Assembly: GCA_002269645.1 (NCBI GenBank)
Contig: NIVC01003666.1
Location: 1-64,000, forward strand
Direction of reading: 5' to 3'
Source of the DNA: Macrostomum lignano
Taxonomy: Eukaryota
Length of the DNA stretch: 64,000 bases
Of this stretch, positions 15,654 through 29,400 are shown piece after piece (position 1 is the first letter of the stretch; each line of letters opens with the position of its first letter). The translations under genes were made by a program, and so were the position numbers. The notes below the pieces were generated by a model, which ran no database searches, was not told the DNA's origin, and worked only from the letters and a program-made list of their open reading frames with translations.

Positions 15654-16487
15654 CCAACAAATATACATCTAGGCCTTGTTGGCATACAAAAATGACCAAG
15701 TTTAAGTTTTATATAGTAACACTTTAAAAATTAAACAAAAAATTAAAAAAATATTAGACAAATTTTAATTACCTTTTTTGCAAAAAAAATAATTGCAAGC
15801 CTTAAATAGGTTGTCATTTTTGTCTTGGCATATATATGCCATATATATAATGCTAGTATTGGTTTAACAGAAATATATGCTTATATGACTCATGAGTATT
15901 CAAACTTATATAATATAGCCTTGCTATTGGTTATTACCTATTGAATCTACTAATAATCCTATGTCTATAGTAGGCATAGCTATAGAATGATATAAATTCT
16001 CTTGGCCTAATATAAAAAATAAACCCCAAAATGCAAAAGCAAGGAAACCTTTAATTCCTCTAAATTGAACCATTTGTATTATTTTTGCATTTGTCATTTA
16101 TTATAAAAGATATAAATTGATTACCTTTATCAAAAGGAGATAGATTTAAGTAAAAAATAGTATGGCTTATTTCTCATTTGCTTATAATTATATTTGTTTT
16201 AGATATATTTTCAATTAGATTTCGAAATGCTAATAATTTGTTTAAATATGCCTTATGCGTCAAATATTTAATAAAACTAAAAATCTAATAGTATACAAAA
16301 ATAGTAAAAATAAATTGCCCAATTTCAGAAATTCAGATATTCCATATAGATTGCAATATAGTTTGGTTTTGTTCATATATTTGAGGCCCTGATTGTGTCT
16401 AGATTGCTTCGACTACTGAGCTAACTGGCCAGGCCTACTAGACAGTTTATTAAACAAAACGCCAGCCGCACTGGGGCTGCTGTGCCA

Positions 16488-19400
16488 ATGAAAGGCAGAT
16501 ACCCATCTCAGCAGTCATTGTTAAGCAGTGCTTCAACATTGCAACATAGCCAGCAACAGCAGCAGCAGTCTGTTGATCCATTTCGTCGTCATTTGCGCGG
16601 CCGCCTCAAGCCGGCAATCTGTCGGTTATTTAAACGAGTTCACGAGCAATCCAGATTAAGTTACACAATAGCCGATGATGCTCAAGAGTACCTGGAGAAC
16701 TATGCAATTGAAAAACTGGCCACTCTGTTTGAGCCCCAGGCTCCCAGCGACATCTATGAGGCCGAGGAGAAACTCGGCCAAGTCTTCGCCTCTTGCAGCC
16801 TTGACCAGGAGCAAATCAATGAACTGCGCGATCAGGCAATGCGAAAGAAAAAGAAAAATTCGACACTTTACGATTCGGTTCACAAGTCTGTACGATGCGA
16901 CGAGATAGTCTGTCTGTTTATTGTTCTAGTCACCGAGTTCGTGCTGTGCGAAATCCTGCGCGTGTCCCTCACCTACATGATCAAGATTAAGGTTAACGAC
17001 ATTAAGAAAGTCGACATTAGGGTAAGTCTCCTGGCTATCCCTGACGTCAGATCCTTCCCAATGAGCTGCTACCCCTGACCTCAGATCCTTCTCAATGAGC
17101 TGCTACCCCTGACCTCAGATCCTTCTCAATGAGCTACTACCCCTGACCTCAGATCCTTCTCAATGAGCTGCTACCCCTGACCTCAGATCCTTCTCAATCA
17201 GCTACTAGCTACCCACCTCAGGTCCTTCTCAATGAGCTGCTACCCCTGACCTCAGGTCCTTCCCAATGAGCTGCTACCCCTGACCTCAGATCCTTCTCAA
17301 TGAGCTACTAGCTACCCACCTCAGGTCCTTCTCAATGAGCTGCTACCCCTGACCTCAGGTCCTTCCCAATTAGCTGCTACCCCTGACCTCAGATCCTTCT
17401 CAATGAGCTACTAGCTACCCCTGACCTCAGGTCCTTCTCAATGAGCTACTAGCTACCCCTGACCTCAGGTCCTTCTCAATGAGCTACTAGCTACCCCTGA
17501 CCTCAGGTCCTTCTCAATGAGCTACTAGCTACCCCTGACCTCAGGTCCTTCTCAATGAGCTACTAGCTACCCCTGACCTCAGATCCTTCTCAATGAGCTA
17601 CTAGCTACCCCTGACCTCAGGTCCTTCTCAATGAGCTACTAGCTACCCCTGACCTCAGGTCCTTCTCAATGAGCTACTAGCTACCCCTGACCTCAGGTCC
17701 TTCTCAATGAGCTACTAGCTACCCCTGACCTCAGGTCCTTCTCAATGAGCTACTAGCTACCCCTGACCTCAGGTCCTTCTCAATGAGCTACTAGCTACCC
17801 CTGACCTCAGGTCCTTCTCAATGAGCTACTAGCTACCCCTGACCTCAGGTCCTTCTCAATGAGCTACTAGCTACCCCTGACCTCAGATCCTTCTCAATGA
17901 GCTACTAGCTACCCCTGACCTCAGGTCCTTCTCAATGAGCTACTAGCTACCCACCTCAGGTCCTTCTCAATGAGCTGCTACCCCTGACCTCAGGTCCTTC
18001 CCAATGAGCTGCTACCCCTGACCTCAGATCCTTCTCAATGAGCTACTAGCTACCCACCTCAGGTCCTTCTCAATGAGCTGCTACCCCTGACCTCAGGTCC
18101 TTCCCAATTAGCTGCTACCCCTGACCTCAGATCCTTCTCAATGAGCTACTAGCTACCCCTGACCTCAGGTCCTTCTCAATGAGCTACTAGCTACCCCTGA
18201 CCTCAGGTCCTTCTCAATGAGCTACTAGCTACCCCTGACCTCAGGTCCTTCTCAATGAGCTACTAGCTACCCCTGACCTCAGGTCCTTCTCAATGAGCTA
18301 CTAGCTACCCCTGACCTCAGATCCTTCTCAATGAGCTACTAGCTACCCCTGACCTCAGGTCCTTCTCAATGAGCTACTAGCTACCCCTGACCTCAGGTCC
18401 TTCTCAATGAGCTACTAGCTACCCCTGACCTCAGGTCCTTCTCAATGAGCTACTAGCTACCCCTGACCTCAGGTCCTTCTCAATGAGCTACTAGCTACCC
18501 CTGACCTCAGGTCCTTCTCAATGAGCTACTAGCTACCCCTGACCTCAGGTCCTTCTCAATGAGCTACTAGCTACCCCTGACCTCAGGTCCTTCTCAATGA
18601 GCTACTAGCTACCCCTGACCTCAGATCCTTCTCAATGAGCTACTAGCTACCCCTGACCTCAGGTCCTTCTCAATGAGCTACTAGCTACCCCTGACCTCAG
18701 GTCCTTCTCAATGAGCTACTAGCTACCCCTGACCTCAGGTCCTTCTCAATGAGCTACTAGCTACCCCTGACCTCAGGTCCTTCTCAATGAGCTACTAGCT
18801 ACCCCTGACCTCAGGTCCTTCTCAATGAGCTACTAGCTACCCCTGACCTCAGGTCCTTCTCAATGAGCTACTAGCTACCCCTGACCTCAGATCCTTCTCA
18901 ATGAGCTACTAGCTACCCCTGACCTCAGGTCCTTCTCAATGAGCTACTAGCTACCCCTGACCTCAGGTCCTTCTCAATGAGCTACTAGCTACCCCTGACC
19001 TCAGGTCCTTCTCAATGAGCTACTAGCTACCCCTGACCTCAGGTCCTTCTCAATGAGCTACTAGCTACCCCTGACCTCAGGTCCTTCTCAATGAGCTACT
19101 AGCTACCCCTGACCTCAGGTCCTTCTCAATGAGCTACTAGCTACCCCTGACCTCAGGTCCTTCTCAATGAGCTACTAGCTACCCCTGACCTCAGGTCCTT
19201 CTCAATGAGCTACTAGCTACCCCTGACCTCAGGTCCTTCTCAATGAGCTACTAGCTACCCCTGACCTCAGGTCCTTCTCAATGAGCTACTAGCTACCCCT
19301 GACCTCAGGTCCTTCTCAATGAGCTACTAGCTACCCCTGACCTCAGGTCCTTCTCAATGAGCTACTAGCTACCCCTGACCTCAGGTCCTTCTCAATGAGC

Positions 19401-22400
19401 TACTAGCTACCCCTGACCTCAGGTCCTTCTCAATGAGCTACTAGCTACCCCTGACCTCAGGTCCTTCTCAATGAGCTACTAGCTACCCCTGACCTCAGGT
19501 CCTTCTCAATGAGCTACTAGCTACCCCTGACCTCAGGTCCTTCTCAATGAGCTACTAGCTACCCCTGACCTCAGATCCTTCTCAATGAGCTACTAGCTAC
19601 CCCTGACCTCAGGTCCTTCTCAATGAGCTACTAGCTACCCCTGACCTCAGGTCCTTACTACTTTTCCTAAGCAAGTATTTCAGACAATAGACAGAGGTTC
19701 GTTAGCAAAAGAGGCCAATTTCTGCAGCCAAACATGCCTCATCCCCGATTCCCCAACACCTGCAGATCGTAGTGGACACATTCTTCTCCAATCAGGCATC
19801 CGCACCGGCCGAGTCTACATGGCCACAAGACTACATGGCCACTTTCCCTACTGAATATCGCCGAGCAATTAACGAGTTAATCTACTTTGAGGAAACATTT
19901 GCCCAGCAACTGCAGATTATTGGCCAGCTGTTTAAACAACCTCTAGTGGACCTGTGCCCCAGCTCGCCCGATGTTGACACCATATTTAGCGCATTATCAG
20001 CCATCACCGAGTGTACAAACTTTCTCTACGTTGCTCTTGACGATAGTCGCAATATTACTGAGCACCCGCCAATCGGGCACTGCTTCTACGAGCTGTCCGA
20101 AGAGGGCCACTTTGACAGCTACGCCAAGTACGCCCAGGACGTATTGTCCGTCAAATGCCGCGATCGCCTATTCGAATTGTTGGGAAACAGTTTGGTTAAG
20201 GAGAAATTCGAAACAGTCGGCCGGGAGATCGAGCTGCAGGCGGCCGGGCACCTCAGCTATTATTCCCTTCTGTCTTCCTGCCCTGCCCCCGTGCCTCCGC
20301 CTGCGGCAGGGGCAGCTTCCAAGAAGAACTCCGACGCAGATGGATCTTCGGCTCAGAATCATCTCAATTTTTATTCACATCATCATCATCATCAGGTGTC
20401 GGATTCTGTATCAGCTGCCTCCTCGACGGCTACTCTGACTTCCCTGTCAACTGCAACTACATGCGCTTCGAGTTCAGCCTCGCCAGCCGGCTTGGAGCAG
20501 GGCGAAGAGCTCCGGGCCGTGATGCTGCTGGCCTGCCGGTATCTGCTGCCGAAACTGCTGCTCGTGCCAGTTTATCACTTCTTGTACTACGACAGGATAT
20601 TGGAGAGATTTGAACAGTTGCAAGAGAAGAATATGTGGCATTGTAGAAACGGCTCGTCCACTGCTAGGTCTGCTTCTTCTGGTGGAGCGGAATTAGAGTC
20701 TGCCGACGATGCAGATGCGGCTAGCCAGCAGCAGCCATCCTTGTGCGGCAGTCCAGTCACCAGCGGGTATAATGCCGATAGGCGTCGATCCTCATCGTCC
20801 CTACCTGTTGAGGTGTGCAGCGACGATCGGGACACTATAGTGCAGACCAGATCCATCCTAGTGTCCACTAGTCATCGGGTTAAACGGACACTTGACGAGT
20901 TTGAGCGTCGGCCGGTGCCAGCAGCGACCGTCTCGGCTGCTTCCATTCCTGGCGTCGGTAGCAACGGCGACGACTCCGTGTCGCTAAGCGTCAGCCCGAC
21001 TGGCGGCTCCGACATTGAAGAATCGGCGTCTGTTGTTGCAGCAGCGGCGGCTTCAGGTGCGGCCAGTCGGATGTCTAACCAGCAGCAGCGCTCTGTGCTG
21101 TTGAATCCGCTGGCCTCCAGGCTGTTCTTTCACGCATCGATGAGCGCGCCAGACTCCATGCACACGGACCGGGCCTGCAGTAAGAAGCTCGCCCAGCTGC
21201 GCTCAATGACCCGGTCGGCGCCGGAGCTCGATCTGGCCAAACCGCGCTGTACAATCTTCTACAAGGAGGGCACCCTGTACCAGATGGAACGGGCCGGCCG
21301 GTTTCAAGAGCGCCGAGTCTATCTGTTTAATAATCGATTGTTTGTGATGAAGGCTAGCAAAACACTGCCGCTGCGCAGTATTAATGAAGAATATCGATTG
21401 AAGCGGGTTGTGTTCCTTCTACAGCATCGCTTCGTGCTGGTTGACCATCCGAAGCCTGTGACCAAGCCTGCCGCGGCTGGAGGCACAGAAGAGGGTTCGT
21501 GTTCTTGTCCTTTATTATTGCGTCACTGTCCGTCTGGTGATCTGGTCCCTGTCACTTAACTGTCTGTCTGGTAATCTGGTCCCTGTCACTTAACTGTCCG
21601 TCTGGTGATCTGGTCCCTGTCACTTAACTGTCCGTCTGGTGATCTGGTCCCTGTCACTTAACTGTCTGTCTGGTGATCTGGTCCCTGTCACTTAACTGTC
21701 CGTCTGGTGATCTGGTCCCTGTCACTTAACTGTCTGTCTGGTAATCTGGTCCCTGTCACTTAACTGTCCGTCTGGTAATCTGGTCCCTGTCACTTAACTG
21801 TCCGTCTGGTGATCTGGTCCCTGTCACTTAACTGTCCGTCTGGTGATCTGGTTCCTGTCACTGAACTGTCCGTCTGGTGATCTGGTCCCTGTCACTGAAC
21901 TGTCCGTCTGGTGATCTGGTTCCTGTCACTGAACTGTCCGTCTGGTGATCTGGTCCCTGTCACTGAACTGTCCGTCTGGTGATCTGGTCCCTGTCACTGA
22001 ACTGTCCGTCTGGTGATCTGGTCCCTGTCACTTAACTGTCTGTCTGGTGATCTGGTCCCTGTCACTGAACTGTCCGTCTGGTGATCTGGTCCCTGTCACT
22101 TAACTGTCCGTCTGGTGATCTGGTCCCTGTCACTGAACTGTCCGTCTGGTGATCTGGTCCCTGTCACTGAACTGTCTGTCTGGTGATCTGGTCCCTGTCA
22201 CTGAACTGTCTGTCTGGTGATCTGGTCCCTGTCACTGAACTGTCCGTCTGGTGATCTGGTCCCTGTCACTGAACTGTCCGTCTGGTGATCTGGTCCCTGT
22301 CACTGAACTGTCCGTCTGGTGATCTGGTCCCTGTCACTGAACTGTCTGTCTGGTGATCTGGTCCCTGTCACTGAACTGTCTATCTGGTGATCTGGTCCCT

Positions 22401-25400
22401 GTCACTGAACTGTCCGTCTGGTGATCTGGTCCCTGTCACTGAACTGTCCGTCTGGTGATCTGGTCCCTGTCACTGAACTGTCCGTCTGGTGATCTGGTCC
22501 CTGTCACTGAACTGTCCGTCTGGTGATCTGGTCCCTGTCACTGAACTGTCCGTCTGGTGATCTGGTCCCTGTCACTGAACTGTCTGTCTGGTGATCTGGT
22601 CCCTGTCACTGAACTGTCTATCTGGTGATCTGGTCCCTGTCACTGAACTGTCTATCTGGTGATCTGGTCCCTGTCACTTAGCTTTTATGCATACAACAAA
22701 TAGACTTATTTTTCTATTGCTACAATACATTGCCTTCTAAATAATCCAGGTGTTAAGACTATAAACTTTTTCTAACTGGCCAGGCCCTCGCTTAGCTTGT
22801 ACTGACTCGATTCTGTACCCGCACAGGCCTGTGCGTGCGTGTCTTGTCACTGTGTGACCGGAGCTGACGCGTAAAAATGCGTATTTTCTGCGTCAGTCCG
22901 TTAGCTTGTCGCTTGTCTGGGCGCGTGCATGCGTTTGATACGGAGAAATTGTTGCCAATCTTTGCATACCAATCTCTATCCACCTCTCCTTGTGCCTTTG
23001 GAACTTTGGAACTTTGCCACTGAGGTTTAATCTTGCTGAAAAATATGTGATTCATTGGTTATTCATTATTGTTGCTAAAAATGTTTCCTACTTGGAGTGT
23101 TGGCTAATTGCCAGCTGGAAGCTTGCGTATTAGGTTTCATACTAGAAGTTTGTCTCAGTCTATTAGGTTTTGTGTTAAAAGTGCGTCTTAGTCTATTAGG
23201 TTGGATATTAGAAGTTTGTCTTAGCTTATTAGGTGGGTATTAGAAGTTTGTCTTGGTCTATTAGGTTTCGTATTGGAAGTTTGCCGTAGTCTATTAGGTG
23301 GGGTACTAGAAGTGTGTCCTAATTTAGTAGGTTGGGTATTAGAAGTTTTTCTTAGTCTATTAGGTTAGATATAGAAGGTTGTCTTAGTCTATTAGGTTCG
23401 GTATTAGAAGTTTGTCTTAGCTTATTAGGTTGAATGAAAATAAGAAGTTTGTCTTAGCTAATTAGGTGGGTATTAGAAGTTTATCTTGGTCTATTAGGTT
23501 TCGTATTGGAAGCAGTGGTGTGATTCAGGCGCGAATTCGCGCCAGGCGCGAAAATGGCGCGAATGCGCGAATCCTGGGGGTCTGGCGCGAAATTTTGTGG
23601 AACCATGGGCGCGAAAATTGCATTCTTATTTTCTGCTTTTTACACTTACTCTCTTGTCAGACAGTATGAAATACAAGAATGTCATAGCTTAGGAGATTAA
23701 TCTAACAAACTGAGTTCAATCTCAGGCGTCAGCAGCAGAATGTGCAGAAGAAGAAACAGAAGAAGGCAGGGAAGCTAGCTGAGCTCGTCTTAAAGCGCAA
23801 GGCTGCTGAGCTGCTGTCAACGTCGTCAATCACCAGCACGAGCAGTCGTCTGTCTGCAGACATCGCCAACAAGAAGTTCAGGGGGGACACGGCTGTGACT
23901 TAAGAGACATGCTAATTGGTAGCCAGACGCATCTTCAAAAGTGTCATCAATTGACTTATTTGGCTGTCAGTAGAATATTATTGGCATGGCGCGAAAATTT
24001 TCAGTCGGCGCGAAATTTGGCAAACTTTCCAATCACACCACTGATTGGAAGTTTTGCCGTAGTCTATTAGGTGGGGTATTATAAGTGTGTCCTAGTTTAG
24101 TACGAGCGTAGGTTGGGTATTAGAAGTTTTTCTTAGTCTATTAGGTTAGATATAGAAGTTTGTCTTAGTCTACGAGTATTAGTTTGTTTATTAGAAGTTT
24201 GTCCTACTCGTAGTCTATTAGTTTGAGTATTAGACGTGCGTCTTTGTCTATTAGGTTGGTAATTTTAAAAGCTATATGTTGGCCACTCGTAGAGTTGGTT
24301 GGTACCCAGCTGGAATCCTGTTTCTTGTCAGTGTGCGCCCGGCTAGCAGCAGTCACATTATTAAGTGTTACTAAGAAATCCGACCTCATTTGTGGAGACC
24401 GCTCATTGCTTTTCTTGTCTGCTACTAGCCTTCCCCCCCCCCTCCTTGCGTCTGTTCGCCGCTCTGACGAATTGTTGACGTCAATGCTGGCGCATGTAAA
24501 CAATTTGATACTATTGATAATAACAAATGCTATTGTTTATTGTTATTATTATCATTTTTCTGTCCCTGGGGTCAGCAAAACTTTTTACCTCAAGGGCCAA
24601 ATAAAGAAAATACCTCATGGTTGCTGGCCAGGTGACGAGGGAATAGCGAGGAGAGAGAAAAGGAGAGATGTGAGATGTAATGAGAGAAAAGAGAAGAAAG
24701 GAGAGGAGAGAGAAGAGGAAAGAGATGTGAGATGTAATGAGAGAAAAGAGAAGAAAGGAGAGGAGAGAGAAGAGGAAAGAGATGTGAGATGTAATGAGAG
24801 AAAAGAGAAGAAAGGAGAGGAGAGAGAAGAGGAAAGAGATGTGAGATGTAATGAGAGAAAAGAGAAGAAAGGAGAGGAGAGAGAAGAGGAAAGAGATGTG
24901 AGATGTAATGTGAGAAAAGAGAAGAAAGGAGAGGAGAGAGAAGAGGAAAGAGGAGATGTGAGATGAGCTGAGAGAGAAGAGAGCAAACAGAAGGAGAGAG
25001 AAGAAGAAAGAAGAGATGTGAGATGAGATGAGAGAGGAGATCAAAGAGAAGACAGAAGAGGAAAGAGGAGATGTGAGATGAGCTGAGAAAGGAGATATAA
25101 GAGAGAAGAGGAAAGAGATGTGAGAGAAGAGATCAAAGAGAGGAGAGGAGAGGGAAAAGGATATGAGAGAGAGAAGAGAGGAGATGAGAGTGAAAAGGGG
25201 AAGAGGAGACGTGAGATAAAATGAGAGAGAAGAGATCAAGGACCATTGGCCTAGCCGCAACCAGTTTGGTCTGGAGCGCGTGTTGCAAGTCTTGCACAAC
25301 TCTGAAGCCGCCATGCATGCGGCTAGGGAGGGGAGGGCTTGAGCCCTGGATTGGAGGACGGAGGTGTGTGTACGCTGGGCTTGGGCCTGGATTTCGGCTG

Positions 25401-26003
25401 GTCCTGCACTTTAATTATAAACCAACTTTGTGCGTACTTCGTCTCCCCGTTCCTCCTGGTGTGTTCCGTCCGTCCGTCTGCCTAGACTTTATTTTAATAC
25501 GGCTAAGTTTGTGTGTTTACATAGCGCAAACTTGTGTATATAACTAATTCTATTGTGGCTGAAAATAATAGATTAACTATGGTGTAATAATCTGATTTCT
25601 AAACAAGTGACGCTGGGATGCATGCAAGTCTATTGTGGGGGCAACTTCCTGCATCCAAGGCTTTATTTTCTGACCTAGCCTTCTCTTTACCTAATGTTAA
25701 TAATGAATTAGGCTATTAAGCTCCTTTGGGAAATAAGTTGGGTAAAATTGAGACGCCTAGGAGAAACAGGAATACAGAGACAAACAGACAGACAGACAGA
25801 CAGACAGGCACTAAGACAGACAGACAGGCAGGCAGGCAGGCAGGCAGACAAACAGGCAGACAGACAGACAGGCAGGCAGGCAGGCAGACAGATAGACAGA
25901 CAGACAGACAGACAGTCAGACAGACAGACAGACAGACACTAAGACAGGCAGGCAGACAGACAGACAGACACTAAGACAGGCAGGCAGACAGACAGAAACA
26001 CTA

Positions 26004-26040
<37 letters not shown>

Positions 26041-26179
26041 GGCAGTCAGGCAGACAGACAGGCAGACAGGCAGGCAGACAGACAGAAACACTAAGGCAGA
26101 CAGGCAGACAGACAGACATGCAGACAGGCAGGCAGACAGACAGAAACACTAAGACAGACAGACAGGCAGGCAGTCAGGC

Positions 26180-26252
<73 letters not shown>

Positions 26253-26325
26253 GTCAGGCAGACAGACAGGCAGACAGACAGGCAGACAGACAGAAACACT
26301 AAGACAGACAGACAGGCAGGCAGTC

Positions 26326-26374
<49 letters not shown>

Positions 26375-26387
26375 CACAGACAGACAC

Positions 26388-26442
<55 letters not shown>

Positions 26443-29400
26443 GTCAGACAGGCAGACAGACAGAAACACTAAGACAGACAGACACCCGAAAGTTACTAAC
26501 ATTAATCGTAAACATGAATCACACATTTATCAAACATTATCGCACATTTGAAGCAAACTCAATAAATTTCTTCAGCACATGAAGAATATGATTATTATTA
26601 ATGCATCACGCAGTCAAGCCGTGCGAATCAGTCGGATAGTTATAATACAGATATGGAATAATATATGGAATGAAAAATAAAACACTTCCTTTGACTTGAC
26701 GCGATTTTAAGCCTCTCTGTCTCTCTCGCTCTCTCCGCTGCTATTGCGGGGGCGAATCTAGGGTTGGCAACGGGCCCTGGATTTGGGGCCAATCTCTGTC
26801 TGTCAGTCTGTCTACTAATATACAGTATCTGCGCCTGAGTCAGTCAGTCCGTTAACCCCCCCCCAGTTCTGTGACGCGTCACGATTTCTTCTGTAGAGGA
26901 GAGAGAGAGAGATCTCTACGCACTCTGTCTCTTCACCTCCCCGCCGCTCCCCTCCCCTCTTCAGCCGTCCCAGGTCCGAATTGACGTGGTCAACAGCCAG
27001 GGCCTGGATCTATTTATAGGCCTCGCCTTACCTTCCCAAGCATCCAGTCATGTCTTGGCCGCGCCATCCCTTCTGTTAAGTTCAGGGGTCGGCAAAATCC
27101 AGCCCGCGGGCCACATGCATCCGACCTCTGTCCGACCCGCTCAAAATTTGTGTCTCTTCTCAGCTGTCTTCTCTCTAATCTCCTCTCTTTTCTCTCCTAT
27201 CTCTTATCTCCTTTCTCCTCTCCTCTCCTTTTCTCCCAACTTATTTAATCCCTCCTCTCATTTCGTCTTCTCTGTTAATTCATATACAAATATATTTTTT
27301 TCACCTGATATAATTAATTCCCCTGCCGCCATTTGGTCCAAGCTATCCACTTTCTCTCTCTCTCTCTCGTATTTTACTGTCCTCTCAGATGTGTTGCCAG
27401 GCTGTTTGCTAATGAAGCGACTTGTGTTTAACTAAAAAATAGATAGTGGAATTATCTGGCCAGATGGCTCCGGAGGGGGGAGGGGGTTGGCATCCAGGCC
27501 TCCGCGCTCTGCTGTCCATCCGGGTGAATATTTTTGTCTTCTAATGGCTTCTAAAAATAGTTAGCTACTAAAAGACTGGAAAATATTTTCTGGCGCTAGC
27601 GCCTACTTGTTGCTTCCTTCGGTTGGAATATTCAATACTGCGTATGGCATTGTAGAGCTTACTGTACTGAGCAAAATCCATTATCCGTATTGAGACCGTC
27701 ATCAGCTAGATTGGCTCGCCCAATCTGTTGAAAATCAGCCTTTCCAGTCCGTTGAAATGCCATTCTACTCCGTTAGAAATAGCCTTTTTGTTTGCTGAGA
27801 AATCGCCTTTCTAATTCACGAAAAACGACCCTTTCTAATCCACGAGAAATCGCCTTCTGAATCAGTGAGAAATAAACTGCTTATTACCTGAGAAAGTGCC
27901 TTGTTTATTCGTGAGAAATCACCCTTCCAATCCGTAAGAAATCACCCTTCTACTCTGTGAGAAGTCGCCCTTCTAAGTTCTAATCTGTGAGAAATCGCCC
28001 TTCCACTCTGTGAGAAGTCGGCCTTCTAATCTGTGAGAAATCGCCCTTCCACTCTGTGAGAAGTCGCCCTTCTAATCTGTGAGAAATCTCCCTTCTAATC
28101 TGTGAGAAGTCGCCCTTCTAATCTGTGAGAAGTCGCCCTTCTAAATTGTGAGAAATCGCCCTTCTAATCTGTGAGAAATCGCCCTTCTAATCTGTGAGAA
28201 ATCGCCCTTCTAATCTGTGAGAAATCGCCCTTCTAATCTGTGAGAAGTCGCCCTTCTAAATTGTGAGAAATCGCCCTTCTAATCTGTGAGAAATCGCCCT
28301 TCTAATCTGTGAGAAATCGCCCTTCTAATCTGTGAGAAATCGCCCTTCTAATCTGTGAGAAATCGCGCTTTTAATCTGTGAGAAGTCGCCCTTCTAATCT
28401 GTGAGAAGTCGCCCTTCTAATCTGTGAGAAATCACCCTTCTAATCTGTGAGAAATCGCCCTTCTAATCTGTGAAAAATCGCCCTTCTAATCTGTGAGAAA
28501 TCGCCCTTCTAATCCGTGAGAAATCACCCTTCTAATCTGTGAGAAATCGCCCTTTTAATCTGTGACAAGTCGCCCTTCTAAATTGTTAGAAATCGCCCTT
28601 CTGATCTGAGAAATCTCTCCCTACCTGTGAGCATAGCCCGCCCTGTCAGAGAACTGCTCTCATGTTAATTCAATAATGCTAATCTTTTAATCACAGCCGT
28701 CTGTTGATAAGAATTTTAGGTAAAACGCATTTCGTTAGAAACAGTTTTGTTCACCTTTATCCTTTCAGAGATGTACACCTTCTCTATCGAGTACCTGCCC
28801 TCGCCGGACACTGTAGAGGGCGGCGCCACTGTTGGCACCGCGCCAATCAAACAGCGAATCACTTTCGCTACTAAAAGCCTGCTGGATAAGGAAGAATGGA
28901 TGCTAATTTTAATTTATCTGCAATCTTATCAGTGAGCTCTAATTTCTGCTGTCGTGTTTTCTACTGATTTTCCGACTAAAGTCCTATCTTTTATACTAAT
29001 AGTAGTTAAAGTAGCTTCCAAGCGTTGTTATTTTATATTTACAAGCGAAACTATTTCTAATTTTTTGCAGCATGTTTGAAGAGTATCTATCGCTGAAAGG
29101 ACTCACGGATACGGCGGAAGCGATCCACTTTCCCCAGGATCATCGAGGCTACGAGTAAGAGCTGTATTCTATCTTTTTAGTCAGCACCATACACATCCAT
29201 CGGTTCTCTGTGCTATAATGGATATTCTCTGGGTTCTTTTAGCGTCTCGAAGATCATGTAGCATCTCTGGGATCATGTAACATCTCTCGGTTCATGTAAC
29301 ATCTCTGGGCTCATGTAATATCTCCGAGATCATGTAGCATCTCTAGGATCATGTAATATCTCTAGGATCATGTAACATTTCTGGGATCATGTCTCCAAGA

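Noticed and set aside
25330-25600. Possible solo LTR
   Set aside because: No TG...CA ends with a TSD and no second copy in the window.
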